Position numbers and translations under genes: made by a program
NCBI GenBank assembly: GCA_050185585.1
Contig: JBFWZH010000001.1
Coordinates: forward strand, 261,003-301,002
Source of the DNA: Sphingomonadales bacterium
GTDB lineage: Bacteria > Pseudomonadota > Alphaproteobacteria > SMXS01
DNA length: 40,000 nucleotides
Direction of reading: 5' to 3'
Shown here: positions 10,398 through 19,345 of the stretch, one piece after another
Numbering within the stretch: the stretch's first letter is position 1
Layout: the number at the start of each line of letters is the position of its first letter
Notes under the pieces: generated by a model
Told to the model about the DNA's origin: nothing
Databases searched by the model: none
Seen by the model: only the letters and a program-made list of their open reading frames with translations

Positions 10398-12294
10398 CGC
10401 GGGAACTGGCGTCGTCCGCCGCCGGTCGGTTGAAGATCATGCTCAGATGGAGTGCGCGCAGCAACAGCGCGGCCTCGTCGGTGCCGGTCTCGAACCTGCC
10501 CCAGAAGCGCCGCCTGAAGTCGTTGACAAGCATCGGCGGCACCAGATCCCGCTTGATCAGGGGGCGCGCGACGGCCCGCAGCGCCCGCGCCATGGGCGAC
10601 ATGGTGGACACCGGCCTGGCGTTGAGAGCTTCCAGGGCGCCGACCAGCTCATCCGGCGACATGACGCCTGGAATACCCCTGTCCAGCTGCCGGGTCACGT
10701 CGGCCAGGATTCCGGCCTGCCGCCGCATTTCCTCGCCGATCGCCGGCTGGCCCTGGCTGTGGAGCGCACCCTTCAGCCGGTAGAGATCGGGCAGGTATCG
10801 CCGGGCGGCGCTCTTGAAGTGATGCTTGCCCGTGCGCAGGCGCGGTGGCACGTGCCTGGCCATGTCCATGACCGACAGGTCGAGCAGCGGAAGCGCGATG
10901 GCCTGGTGCCGGCCGAGGATCTGTCGCCGCATTTCCACCATGTTGCCGCGCAGGTAGGAATCCAGGAACAGAACGTCCTTGGCATCGTCGAAATTGGCCA
11001 GGCGCGTCGGGACGAGCAGGGCTTCGTATTCCGCCCAGAGCGCGGCCTTCAACGCATCGGCGCGTTCCGGGGGCAGATGCGGCTCGATCCGAGACAGGGC
11101 GCTGGGTGACTTTATCGCCGCGGAGCCCAGAAGTTCGTGGTCGCCGCCGATCCGGAACGCGCCCTGGCCGAGCGCCTCGTCACCGAACAGGATCACGGAC
11201 CCGGTTCCACGGGCCGAAAGGTCTTCGAGCACCTGGTCGAACGCGAAGGCCTCGTAGCACGGCTTCCGCAGCACGAGACCTTTCTCCACATGCGAGCGCA
11301 GCATCCCGACGATGTCGAACTGCTGGTCGAAGCGGTAGGTCTTGTGCTCGACGCCGAGGAACGCGGCGCGCCGCTGCGCCGCATCCGCGTCCGAATCCGG
11401 TCGCGACTCGCCGAACACGAACGAGAACGTCCTGATCGGCCGGCCGGCTGCGTGCAGGATGCCCAGCAATGCCGCGGAATCATGGCCGCCCGACAGGGCG
11501 ATCATCGCTTCCCGGTCGTCGGTGGCAGCCAGCACCGCCGTCCGGAGCCGTCGCCACAGCTCGTCTTCGATGTCGCGGCGATCCGCCCAGGCGTCCGAGC
11601 CGGGACGTGGACGCCAATAGGACCTGGCGTCGACCCCCTCGGGCGCCAGGGCGACGATACTGGCGGGCGGCAGTCTGGAGACGCCGGCGAAAATGGTCCG
11701 TTCCCGCGTCGGGTAGCCGTTGACCAGGAAGCTGCCGACCCCGGCCAGGTCCGGCGCCGGCTCGTCGCCGGCAAGCAGCATGGGATCGTCGGACAGCAGG
11801 AGGCAGCCATCCGCGGCCGCGTGATAGATCCGGGAAAAGCCGAGATGGTCGGTCCAGCAGGTCAGCCGCCCGCCATCGTCGAGCCAGAGATAGGAGCGGT
11901 ACTGGCGCGCCGCCGCGACCAGGCCGGCGGGCGCGTTGTCAGCATCGATGAGGTGCCGGGGCAGGGGAATTTCGGGCGCACCGCCGGTACCGTCGAGAAC
12001 GGTGACGATGCCCCGCCCGTCAACCCTGTGACCGTCCCAGCGGCACAGCAGAAGGCCCCCGCCTTTGATAGGAAGGCGCGAGATGGACGTAGGCGCCCCA
12101 CGCTCGGCGATGGCTAGTGCAGCCGGCTCCCTCCCATCGGGATGCAACACGGCGAGAAAGTCGGTGGAATTCAAAGAGATCAGCCCCCTGAACCGGTCGT
12201 CCGGTCCACGTGGGATTGTAGATGGCATTCGAGAAGGATGGAACCGCCATCTGTGAGCGGGCGGGGCGCCGGCCGGGTCTCCCGCGAAGGGCAA
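10369..12294 (-). CDS. Asparagine-synthetase-like PP-loop ATP pyrophosphatase (AsnB family) with no recognisable N-terminal Cys nucleophile
   Basis: PP-loop motif ALSGGHDSAALLG. The N-terminal half keeps AsnB-like Ntn-fold remnants (FSRIYHAAADGCLLLSDDP) but the ORF does not begin MC. The track start is TTG at 12294, with an alternative ATG at 12228, so the start is uncertain. The 3' end overlaps the kefB 3' end convergently by 29 nt. Confidence 0.65.
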   Translation of the reverse strand: MPFAGDPAGAPPAHRWRFHPSRMPSTIPRGPDDRFRGLISLNSTDFLAVLHPDGREPAALAIAERGAPTSISRLPIKGGGLLLCRWDGHRVDGRGIVTVLDGTGGAPEIPLPRHLIDADNAPAGLVAAARQYRSYLWLDDGGRLTCWTDHLGFSRIYHAAADGCLLLSDDPMLLAGDEPAPDLAGVGSFLVNGYPTRERTIFAGVSRLPPASIVALAPEGVDARSYWRPRPGSDAWADRRDIEDELWRRLRTAVLAATDDREAMIALSGGHDSAALLGILHAAGRPIRTFSFVFGESRPDSDADAAQRRAAFLGVEHKTYRFDQQFDIVGMLRSHVEKGLVLRKPCYEAFAFDQVLEDLSARGTGSVILFGDEALGQGAFRIGGDHELLGSAAIKSPSALSRIEPHLPPERADALKAALWAEYEALLVPTRLANFDDAKDVLFLDSYLRGNMVEMRRQILGRHQAIALPLLDLSVMDMARHVPPRLRTGKHHFKSAARRYLPDLYRLKGALHSQGQPAIGEEMRRQAGILADVTRQLDRGIPGVMSPDELVGALEALNARPVSTMSPMARALRAVARPLIKRDLVPPMLVNDFRRRFWGRFETGTDEAALLLRALHLSMIFNRPAADDASSRVNLPRRLSA

Positions 12295-12307
12295 TGCGGC
12301 CCGGGGT

Positions 12308-13768
12308 TCATCTGGTCTCGATCCGCCTCACGAAATCCGCCAGGACGGTCTTGTAGAGCTCGTCCTTCAGAATGGCATCTTCCACACCCCGGTCGATGTT
12401 GGGGTTGTCGTTGATCTCGATGACGAAGACGCCGTCGTCGCGCTGCTTGAGGTCGACTCCGTACAGGCCGTCTCCGACCAGATTGGCGGCGCGCACGCCG
12501 GTCTCGACGACTTCGGGCGGCGCGTCCTCGATCGCCACCGACTTGAAGGCACCCTCGGCGAAGCCGCCGCCCGGCTTGTGATTGATGATCTGCCAGTGCC
12601 GGCGCGACATGAAATATTGCGAAACGAACAGCGGCTTCCGGTTGAGCACGCCGACGCGCCAGTCATACTCCGTGAACATGAACTCCTGGGCCAGGATCAC
12701 CGCCGAGTGTCGGAACAGGCGCTTGCCGTGTTCCAGCAGGTCGGACCGGTTCTCCACCTTCACGACGCCGCGTGAGAAGGAGCCGTCCGGAATCTTCAGC
12801 ACCAGCGGATAGGAGAGGGCGGCCTCGGCGTTGAGGATGTTCTGGCGGTCGACGATCACCGTCTTGGGCGCGGGCACCTTGTGGGTTTGCAGCAGCTCGG
12901 CCAGGTAGACCTTGTTGGTGCAGCGCAGGATCGACACCGGATCGTCGATCACCGGCAGGCCCTCGAACACCGCCTTCTGGGCGAAACGGAAAGTGTGGTT
13001 CTCCAGCGTGGTGGTCTCGCGGATGAACAGGGCGTCGTACTCCGCCAGGCGCAGATAGTCCTTGCGCTCGAGGGTCTCCACGTCGATGCCCATCTGGGCG
13101 CCGATGGCGACGAATTTCCGGATGGTCTCGGGCGACGAGGGCGGCAGCTTGGCGGAGTCGTCATACAGCACGCCCAGCGCATACCGCGCCGTGGGCCGCG
13201 CCTTGGGCGCGCGCCAGTCGGCGCGGGTGTAGTGCTCCAGCCGCGCCAGGAAGAAGTCGAACTCCTCCGGGCTGAGCGCCCGCGGCGCGATCGCCTGCAG
13301 CGACTTCACGCTCCAGCGCTCGTCGAACTCCACCTCGACCCGCAGCAGCGGGCAGCGGAAGCGGTCGAAGATCTGCCGCGCGAAGGTTCGGAACCGGTTG
13401 CCGGCGGTCTGGCCGAAATAGACGGTGAGCGTGAACGCCGCCTGCGGCGGGTTGGACAGCTTCCTGATCTCGTCGCGCAGGGTGTAGTTCAGGTCGGGCA
13501 GTTCCACGCTGTAGAGTTGCTTGCGCGACAGGTTGAGGATCGTCTCCACCGTCGGCACCACCTTCTGGCCGCGTGCCTCGGCCAGCAGCGAGCAGTAGTA
13601 GCCCAGGTCCAGGTATTCCAGGTCGCCGCTCAGGTTGATGACGCGGGCGCTCTTGCTGGACAGGCCCTCGGGCGTCTCGACATATTGCTGCAGCGTGACG
13701 GCCTTGCCCGCCTTCCTGGCCCACTCGCAGTCCGCGGGAGAGTCGACGATGATGATGTGGCGTGCCAT
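12308..13768 (-). CDS. RimK-family ATP-grasp ligase with a RimK-like N-terminal (RLAN-type) domain
   Basis: 486 aa. The N-terminus HIIIVDSP...INLSGDLEYLDLGYYCSLLAEARGQKVVPTV resembles the RimK-like ATP-grasp N-terminal domain. The C-terminal half (LVLKIPDGSFSRGVVKV, VILAQEFM, DWRVGVL, YGVDLK, VFVIEINDNP) is an ATP-grasp core. Confidence 0.75.
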   Translation of the reverse strand: MARHIIIVDSPADCEWARKAGKAVTLQQYVETPEGLSSKSARVINLSGDLEYLDLGYYCSLLAEARGQKVVPTVETILNLSRKQLYSVELPDLNYTLRDEIRKLSNPPQAAFTLTVYFGQTAGNRFRTFARQIFDRFRCPLLRVEVEFDERWSVKSLQAIAPRALSPEEFDFFLARLEHYTRADWRAPKARPTARYALGVLYDDSAKLPPSSPETIRKFVAIGAQMGIDVETLERKDYLRLAEYDALFIRETTTLENHTFRFAQKAVFEGLPVIDDPVSILRCTNKVYLAELLQTHKVPAPKTVIVDRQNILNAEAALSYPLVLKIPDGSFSRGVVKVENRSDLLEHGKRLFRHSAVILAQEFMFTEYDWRVGVLNRKPLFVSQYFMSRRHWQIINHKPGGGFAEGAFKSVAIEDAPPEVVETGVRAANLVGDGLYGVDLKQRDDGVFVIEINDNPNIDRGVEDAILKDELYKTVLADFVRRIETR

Positions 13769-13911
13769 GGGGCCCTTGCTGCCTGGGTGGGTTCCGCTGC
13801 TGGAATCGTTGCGCCGGGCCGTCGCCTCGCCTCGCCGGAACCCTGTCTCATCGACCCTCCGGGCGGCATGATGCGCGCCGCCGCGGGTGCAGTAAAGATG
13901 GCGCTTGAAAC

Positions 13912-14373
13912 CTAGTCCGCCATGTCCCCCAACGGCTTCTTCATGACCATGGCGGTCGCGCCGTCGTCGTAGAAGCCGGGTTTGCGGCCAGCCTGCCGGT
14001 AGCCGGTGGCCAGGTAGCGCCGGATCGCCGGGTCGTTGTCCTCGCGCACCGTCAGGCGCATCTCCGCGCGGCCGGCCCGCGCCGCCAGCCGTTCGGCTTC
14101 AGTGAGCAGGGCGGTGCCGATGCCGGACCGGCGCAGCCCTGGCTCGACCGCGATGGAATAGAGCCGCGCCGAGGGGCTGTCGCAGCGCAGCAGCACCACC
14201 GCGTCGCCCGCCACGGCGCCGTCCAGTTCGGCGATCAGGCAGAGGGCTCGGGGTCCGACCACCAGCCGGCGCAGCGAGCGCGGCGACAGGCGGTTGCCGG
14301 GAAACGATATCTCTTCCAGCCGGACCATGGCAGGGATGTCGGAGAGTGTCGCGGTGCGGATCATGGCGGTCAT
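13912..14373 (-). CDS. GNAT-family N-acetyltransferase (RimI-like)
   Basis: 153 aa from the internal ATG at 14373. The acetyl-CoA motif is RRSGIGTALLTEAERLAARAG. The start overlaps the upstream GNAT stop as ATGA (14370-14373). The 299-aa upstream extension in the track is Arg/Gly-rich with no recognisable motifs. Confidence 0.8.
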   Translation of the reverse strand: MTAMIRTATLSDIPAMVRLEEISFPGNRLSPRSLRRLVVGPRALCLIAELDGAVAGDAVVLLRCDSPSARLYSIAVEPGLRRSGIGTALLTEAERLAARAGRAEMRLTVREDNDPAIRRYLATGYRQAGRKPGFYDDGATAMVMKKPLGDMAD

Positions 14374-14852
14374 AGCTTGCGGTACATCACGAGCGCGTCG
14401 ACCTCGCCCAGCGCGGGGTGCCGGAAGGCACCCGGCAGGCGGCCGACGACGGCGAAGCCCAACGACCGCCACAGCCCCACGGCGCGCTCGTTGCTGGCGA
14501 CCACGAAATTGAATTGCATGGCGCTGAACCCACGGGAGCGGGCATAGTCCATGGAATGCTCGCACATGCAACGGGCGACGCCGCGGCCGGTGCTGTCCCC
14601 GGCGGTCACGTAGCCGCAATTCGCCACGTGCGCGCCGCCTCCCTCCTGGTTGCGGCGGAGGTAGTAAGTCCCGACGACAGCGCCGTCCTCGATCGCCACG
14701 AATGTCTCGCGATCCTTTCCCATCCACCGGGCGATCGCGTCCGCTGCCGGAATTTCCGGGTCGATCGTATAGGTTTCGCCGGCCCTGATGACCGGGCCGA
14801 TAATCGCCCAAATGGCGTCGGCGTCGTCGTGCCTCGCCGTCCTGATCAGCAT
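14370..14852 (-). CDS. GNAT-family N-acetyltransferase
   Basis: 160 aa from the ATG at 14852 (AGAGGGGG upstream). It has a GNAT core (GTYYLR, GRGVARCMCEHSMDYARSRGFSAMQFNFV, NERAVGLWRSLGF). Confidence 0.8.
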   Translation of the reverse strand: MLIRTARHDDADAIWAIIGPVIRAGETYTIDPEIPAADAIARWMGKDRETFVAIEDGAVVGTYYLRRNQEGGGAHVANCGYVTAGDSTGRGVARCMCEHSMDYARSRGFSAMQFNFVVASNERAVGLWRSLGFAVVGRLPGAFRHPALGEVDALVMYRKL

Positions 14853-14952
14853 GGCCCCCTCTATCTTGCCCGCCACACCTCTAACCGACCTGTCGCGGCG
14901 CGTAAATCTCGGGATTCGGGTAAACTGCCTGATCTGGTAAACGGAGTGGCCC

Positions 14953-15216
14953 ATGCACAGGAAAGACATTCACGCGGTGAAGGCGCCCGCGGTCAAGCTC
15001 CCGGCGCTCGCGGTCGGCGCCAAGGCCGTCGGCACCGCCGCGCTCGGCGGCGTGGTGATCAGCGCCCTCGCGATCGGCGCGCTGGCGATCGGTGCGCTGG
15101 CGATCGGCCGCCTCGACATCAGGCGGGCCCGCATCGGCGCGCTCGAGGTCGGTGAGCTGACCGTCCGGCGGCTGCGGGTCATCGAGGATCCGGGCGAGCC
15201 CGGATCGTTGGTTTGA
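14953..15216 (+). CDS. Small hypothetical membrane-anchored protein with (A/G)LAIG repeats
   Basis: 87 aa with ATG at 14953 and GGAG 6 nt upstream. One hydrophobic stretch (GGVVISALAIGALAIGALAIG) is encoded by about 15-bp tandem DNA repeats, followed by the amphipathic RLDIRRARIGALEVGELTVRRLRV. It sits just upstream of the CoA-transferase gene. Confidence 0.45.
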   Translation: MHRKDIHAVKAPAVKLPALAVGAKAVGTAALGGVVISALAIGALAIGALAIGRLDIRRARIGALEVGELTVRRLRVIEDPGEPGSLV

Positions 15217-15260
15217 GCGGCACGCTGCCTCCATATCCGCCGTTGCTCCCGGGAGACGCC

Positions 15261-16472
15261 ATGACGGAATACCGGTCGAAGAACATGCCGCTCGCCGGCA
15301 TCACGGTGCTGGACCTGGGCCAGGTCTATCAGGGCCCCTACGCCACCATGCTGATGGCGCGGGCGGGCGCCGACGTGATCAAGATCGAGCCGGTCGACGG
15401 CGAGCCGGTGCGGCGGCGCTCGGCGGTGTCGAAGGGCGCCATGCTGCCGCTCGCCATGCTGAATTCCAACAAGCGCGGCATCACCCTCAACCTCAAGTCC
15501 GAGGAAGGCCGGAGCCTTCTTCTTAGGCTGGTCGAGCGGGCCGACGTGCTGCTCGAGAACTTCGCGCCCGGCGTGATGGACAATCTGGGTGTGGGCTGGG
15601 AGCTGCTGCACGCGGTCAATCCCCGGCTGGTCTACGCCTCGGGCAGCGGTTTCGGCCTGTCCGGGCCCGACCGGGACGCCCTCGCCATGGACCTCACCGT
15701 CCAGGCGGTGTCCGGCGCCATGAGCGTCACCGGCTTTCCGGGCGGCCCGCCGGTCAAGTCCGGCCCCGCCTTCGCCGACTTCCTCAGCGGCACCCATCTC
15801 TACGGCGCCGTAGTCACGGCGCTGTTCGAGCGTACGCGCACCGGCGAGGGGCGGCTGGTCGAGGTGGCGATGATGGAAACCATCTATCCGGCGCTGGCGT
15901 CGAACCTCAGCCTGCTCCACGGCAATGAGGGTGCGGTGACGACGCGCACCGGCAACCGGCACGGCGGCCTGTCGATCGCGCCATACAACGTCTATCCGGC
16001 CAGCGACGGCCACGTGGCGATCCTGTGCATCAAGGAGGCGCACTGGTCCAACCTGCTGCGCGCCATGGGCCGCGAGGACCTGGCGGACGACGCGCGCTTC
16101 GCCACCAACGCGCTCAGGGTCGCGAACCTGGAGGATACCGACGCGTTGGTCGAGGCCTGGACGTCGGCGCGGACGCGGGACGAGATCTTCGCCGCCATCA
16201 AGCGGTTCCGCATTCCCTGCGCGCCGGTCCGCGACCTGGAAGAGGTGATGGTGGACCCGCACATGCATGCGCGCGGGATGCTCGAGTGGATCGACCACCC
16301 GGAACTCGGCCGGGTTGTGCTGCCGGGCAGCCCGCTGCGCATCCACGGCGCCGACAGGCCGCCGACCGTGCCAAGTCCGACGCTGGGCCAGCACAACGAG
16401 GAGGTCTATGGCGGGATGCTCGGGTTGTCTATCGAGGACATCGCTGGCTTGCGCTCCAGGGGGGCAATTTAG
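15261..16472 (+). CDS. Class III CoA-transferase (CaiB/BaiF family)
   Basis: N-terminal PLAGITVLDLGQVYQGPYATMLMARAGADVIKIEP is the family hallmark. Start chosen at ATG 15261 (GGGAGA upstream) rather than the track start at 15213. Confidence 0.85.
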   Translation: MTEYRSKNMPLAGITVLDLGQVYQGPYATMLMARAGADVIKIEPVDGEPVRRRSAVSKGAMLPLAMLNSNKRGITLNLKSEEGRSLLLRLVERADVLLENFAPGVMDNLGVGWELLHAVNPRLVYASGSGFGLSGPDRDALAMDLTVQAVSGAMSVTGFPGGPPVKSGPAFADFLSGTHLYGAVVTALFERTRTGEGRLVEVAMMETIYPALASNLSLLHGNEGAVTTRTGNRHGGLSIAPYNVYPASDGHVAILCIKEAHWSNLLRAMGREDLADDARFATNALRVANLEDTDALVEAWTSARTRDEIFAAIKRFRIPCAPVRDLEEVMVDPHMHARGMLEWIDHPELGRVVLPGSPLRIHGADRPPTVPSPTLGQHNEEVYGGMLGLSIEDIAGLRSRGAI

Positions 16473-17182
16473 GCCAGAACTTCTTCGAGGAAGTTCACCA
16501 TCGCCTGCCAGGACCGCCTTTCCGCCTTCTCGTCGTGCTTGACGCCGCGCTCGGGCATGTTCAGGCCCGGATAGGTGAAGGCGTGCATGGCATGGCCATA
16601 GGCGTGCAGCGACCAGTCGGCGCCGGCCTCGGTCAACTCCTTCGCCAGCGCCAGCACGTCGGCGGGCGGCGTCATCGGATCCTCCCAGCCGTGCAGCACC
16701 AGCACGCTGGCGCGGATCGGACCCTGCGGGCCCAGGCCCGGCGGCGCATAGACGCCGTGCAGGCTGATCGCGCCCTTCACCTTGTCGGTGCCGCTGCGCG
16801 CCACGTCGAGCGCGCACAGGCCGCCGAAGCAGTAGCCGGCGAAGGCGATGCGGCCGGGATCGACCTCGGGCATGGCCGCCGCGGCGTCGATCGCCGCCAG
16901 CAGCCGGTCGCGCAGCAGGGCGCGGTCGGCCATGAAGGGCGCCATCAGCGCGCTGTTGTCCTCGCCCGGGGCGCCGCGCCTGCCCTTGCCGTAGACATCG
17001 ACGGCGATGCCGACATAGCCCAGCGCCGCCAGCCGGTCGGCGGCCTCGCGCTCGGGCGGGCCCTGGCCGGCCCAGTTGTGGGCAACCAGCACGGCGGGCC
17101 GCCGGCCAGCGCCTTCTGGCGCCGACACGTAGAGTTCGCAGGTCACGCCGTCATGGGCGTGCTCGTGGTAGCGGTTCGGCAT
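16469..17182 (-). CDS. Dienelactone hydrolase family protein (alpha/beta hydrolase)
   Basis: Nucleophile-elbow motif GYCFGG, plus LHGWEDPMTPP and HAFT near the C-terminus. Start chosen at ATG 17182 (GGGGAGGA upstream). The stop overlaps the CoA-transferase stop convergently. Confidence 0.8.
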   Translation of the reverse strand: MPNRYHEHAHDGVTCELYVSAPEGAGRRPAVLVAHNWAGQGPPEREAADRLAALGYVGIAVDVYGKGRRGAPGEDNSALMAPFMADRALLRDRLLAAIDAAAAMPEVDPGRIAFAGYCFGGLCALDVARSGTDKVKGAISLHGVYAPPGLGPQGPIRASVLVLHGWEDPMTPPADVLALAKELTEAGADWSLHAYGHAMHAFTYPGLNMPERGVKHDEKAERRSWQAMVNFLEEVLA

Positions 17183-17210
17183 GGCAATCCTCCCCTGGAT
17201 CATCCCGGTT

Positions 17211-17242
17211 CCAAAATTCCAGAGCAGCGAATGCCGCTCTGG
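17211..17242 (-). terminator. Candidate intrinsic terminator after the DUF3297 gene
   Basis: Stem CCAGAGCAGC / GCCGCTCTGG (17219-17228 and 17233-17242, one mismatch) with a GAAT loop. It is followed on the minus strand by AATTTTGG, a short U-tract. Confidence 0.5.
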
Positions 17243-17251
17243 GCTTCCGGA

Positions 17252-17518
17252 TCACTCAGTGGGCGTCTCCGCCTCCGGCTCGGGATCCCGGAGATACGGC
17301 TCGACCTCCCCCTTCAGCTTGACGAGCATGGGATTGCCGTGACGATCGAGCGAGTTCGCCACGCTCACCTTGATCCATCCCTCGCTGACGCAATATTCGT
17401 CGACATTGTTCTTCTCGACGCCCTTGAAGCGGATGCCGACGCCGCGCCGAAGCAACGCCTCGTCGTAGTGCGGGCTCTTCGGGTTGGTGGACAGTCGGTC
17501 GGGGAGGGTGTCGCTCAT
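17252..17518 (-). CDS. DUF3297-family small protein
   Basis: 88 aa from ATG 17518. PDRLSTNPKSPHYDE...GVGIRFKGVEKNNVDEYCVSEGWIKV...KLKGEVEPY matches my recollection of the DUF3297 family. Confidence 0.7.
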   Translation of the reverse strand: MSDTLPDRLSTNPKSPHYDEALLRRGVGIRFKGVEKNNVDEYCVSEGWIKVSVANSLDRHGNPMLVKLKGEVEPYLRDPEPEAETPTE

Positions 17519-17593
17519 GGCATCGGCTTTCGGCTGCGGTCTCAGGCGCGCACATTGCCGCAAGCGGTTAGCCGAGTCCAAGCCGTTTCGGCG

Positions 17594-18151
17594 CTAATCC
17601 CGCCGCGTCACCGTGAACCGCGCCAGCTCCTTCTTCGGGAGCTCCCATTCCGGGTTTATCGCCAGCGCCTGCTGGTAATCGTAATAGGCGGCCTTGGGAT
17701 CGCCCAGACCCTCATGGGCCACGGCCCGGTTGTAGTAGGCCTTCTCCGGCTCCTCGAGGCCCAGCTCGATGCCCTTGTTGGTGTCGGCGAGGCCCTCGGC
17801 GAAGCGCTTTGTGCCGATCATCAGCGCGCCCCGGTTGACCCAGCCTTCGCCCAGTTCCGGCTTGCGTCTGAGCGCGTCGTTGAAGTCGGCGTGGGCCAGG
17901 TCCCAGTTCTTGCGCCGCATGTGGATGATGCCGCGGTTGACGAAGGTGGCGGCCCGGCGGAGCTGGTCGAGGGGCTCCTCGTGCAGCGCCACGTCGCAGA
18001 TCAGCAGCGACTTCTCGTCGGCGCGGCCCCACAGCGCCGCCCGGGAACACTCGGCCGCCTTCGACTCGCCCAGAACGGTAATCCCCGCCCACGCCGGCGC
18101 CGCGGCCAGCGACAGCAGCATGGTGACAGCCAAGGTCGTTCGGACGTTCAT
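17594..18151 (-). CDS. Secreted tetratricopeptide-repeat (TPR) protein
   Basis: Start at ATG 18151 (GGGGAGA upstream). Signal-peptide-like N-terminus MNVRTTLAVTMLLSLAAAPAWA. TPR-like repeats (NRGIIHMRRKNWDLAHADFNDALRRKPE, YYNRAVAHEGLGDPKAAYYDYQQALAINPE). Confidence 0.7.
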   Translation of the reverse strand: MNVRTTLAVTMLLSLAAAPAWAGITVLGESKAAECSRAALWGRADEKSLLICDVALHEEPLDQLRRAATFVNRGIIHMRRKNWDLAHADFNDALRRKPELGEGWVNRGALMIGTKRFAEGLADTNKGIELGLEEPEKAYYNRAVAHEGLGDPKAAYYDYQQALAINPEWELPKKELARFTVTRRD

Positions 18152-18325
18152 CGCCGGTCTCCCCAACTGGCGAGCACACCGTCAGGTTCAGGCAGCTTAC
18201 GGCCGCGGCCAATGGATCGTGGGCGGCAACGGACGGCTGCCGTGAAACAACAGGTGTCTCAAATCGGACTCGGACTACGGCCTGATTATACGCCCGATGC
18301 ATGCCGCGCGCCAAACGGGCGCCGA

Positions 18326-19237
18326 TCAAGCCGCCACCCGGTCCTTGATCGTGACCGGCGAACCCGCATAGCGGGCGAGGAAGGGGAATTCCCGGCACAG
18401 GGCCTCGACCCTATCCACGTCCTCGCGCGACCAGGCCACGCTGTCGCGCGACAGTTTCGGCGATTCGAACACCACGGCCGCACAGGCTGCCAGATAGGCC
18501 GGATCGGCCTCGAGTCCGACGAAGTCGCAAAGCTGGCGCAGATGGCCTTCCACATCGAGGACGAAGTCCTCGTGCCACTGCTGAAGCAGCTCCTCCGGCG
18601 CCAGCCTCTCCATCACCGCCCGGCAGGACGACGCCAGAGCCCGATACCGGTCGATCGAGGCGGGCATCGACCGGTTTTCCCGGCGCGAGATGGTGGCCAG
18701 GTTGTCATAGGGATTGCGGACGCTGTGGACGAAGCGCAGCGGCATGTCCATGCGCCGTCTTATGGTGTCCAGCAGCGACGGATCCTCCAGCAGGTGCCAG
18801 CTGGTCCCGCCGCCCTTCTTGTCTCCGATCACCCTTATATCGTCGTGGTTGCCCTGGAATCCGCCGGGCACCGCATAGGCGTAGCCCTCGTTCATCCAGT
18901 CTCGTTCGCGAAAATCCTGATCCCGCCGCAGCAGCAGCGCCAGGATCTGCTGTCGGCGGAAGCCGAGCCGGAAGTAGCGGGTCGCGAACAGTTCGTGGGC
19001 GATCAGCGCCTGGGGATGGGCGTTCAGCAGCGCGCCCACCAGAGAGTGGCCGCTGCGTGGATAGCCGATGAAGGTTACGTAGGCGCCCAGGTTCCGGAAA
19101 AGCCGCCGGTGCACCGCGTAGTCGATCCACGACGCCGGCCAGATCACCGCGAGCGAATAGGCGGTGCGCAGCCCCTCGGACTTTGTCACCTGGCCCAGCC
19201 GCCGCTGAAACAGAAACGATGCCGCCGACAGCCCCAA
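18326..19237 (-). CDS. Putative sulfotransferase family protein
   Basis: FIGYPRSGHSLVGALLNAHP resembles the PAPS 5'-phosphosulfate-binding loop of sulfotransferases. The track start is TTG at 19237 and no early ATG exists, so the start is uncertain. Confidence 0.55.
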   Translation of the reverse strand: MGLSAASFLFQRRLGQVTKSEGLRTAYSLAVIWPASWIDYAVHRRLFRNLGAYVTFIGYPRSGHSLVGALLNAHPQALIAHELFATRYFRLGFRRQQILALLLRRDQDFRERDWMNEGYAYAVPGGFQGNHDDIRVIGDKKGGGTSWHLLEDPSLLDTIRRRMDMPLRFVHSVRNPYDNLATISRRENRSMPASIDRYRALASSCRAVMERLAPEELLQQWHEDFVLDVEGHLRQLCDFVGLEADPAYLAACAAVVFESPKLSRDSVAWSREDVDRVEALCREFPFLARYAGSPVTIKDRVAA

Positions 19238-19345
19238 GCCCTCCCGCTGAAAACTTTTCCGGCCATCATACAGCCGGAAACCGGGAATTGAATACGGCCA
19301 AGCAACGATCCGCCGCCGGTCGGTCGCGACAATGTTGTGAAAATC

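Noticed and set aside
10369-12294. AsnB-like enzyme as a lasso-peptide cyclase (McjC-like)
   Set aside because: No transglutaminase-like leader peptidase (B protein), no PqqD-like RRE, no ABC exporter and no plausible short precursor ORF lie nearby. The neighbours are instead an ATP-grasp ligase and GNATs.
13912-14811. Long N-terminal extensions offered by the track for several genes. Examples are the 299-aa form of the RimI-like GNAT, the 425-aa form of asd (to 23084), the 1917-aa form of the effector (to 31248), and the 470-aa form of the ATPase (to 25383)
   Set aside because: The extensions are Arg/Gly/His-rich, overlap upstream genes or repeats, and lack an RBS. Internal ATGs with SD-like sequences and tight coupling to neighbouring stops give proteins of the expected family length.
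14970-19291. 615-aa minus-strand ORF (14970-16817) and 1088-aa plus-strand ORF (16025-19291)
   Set aside because: Both run antisense through recognisable genes (CoA-transferase, dienelactone hydrolase, DUF3297, TPR, sulfotransferase). Neither has family motifs, and both have the typical composition of GC-rich shadow ORFs.
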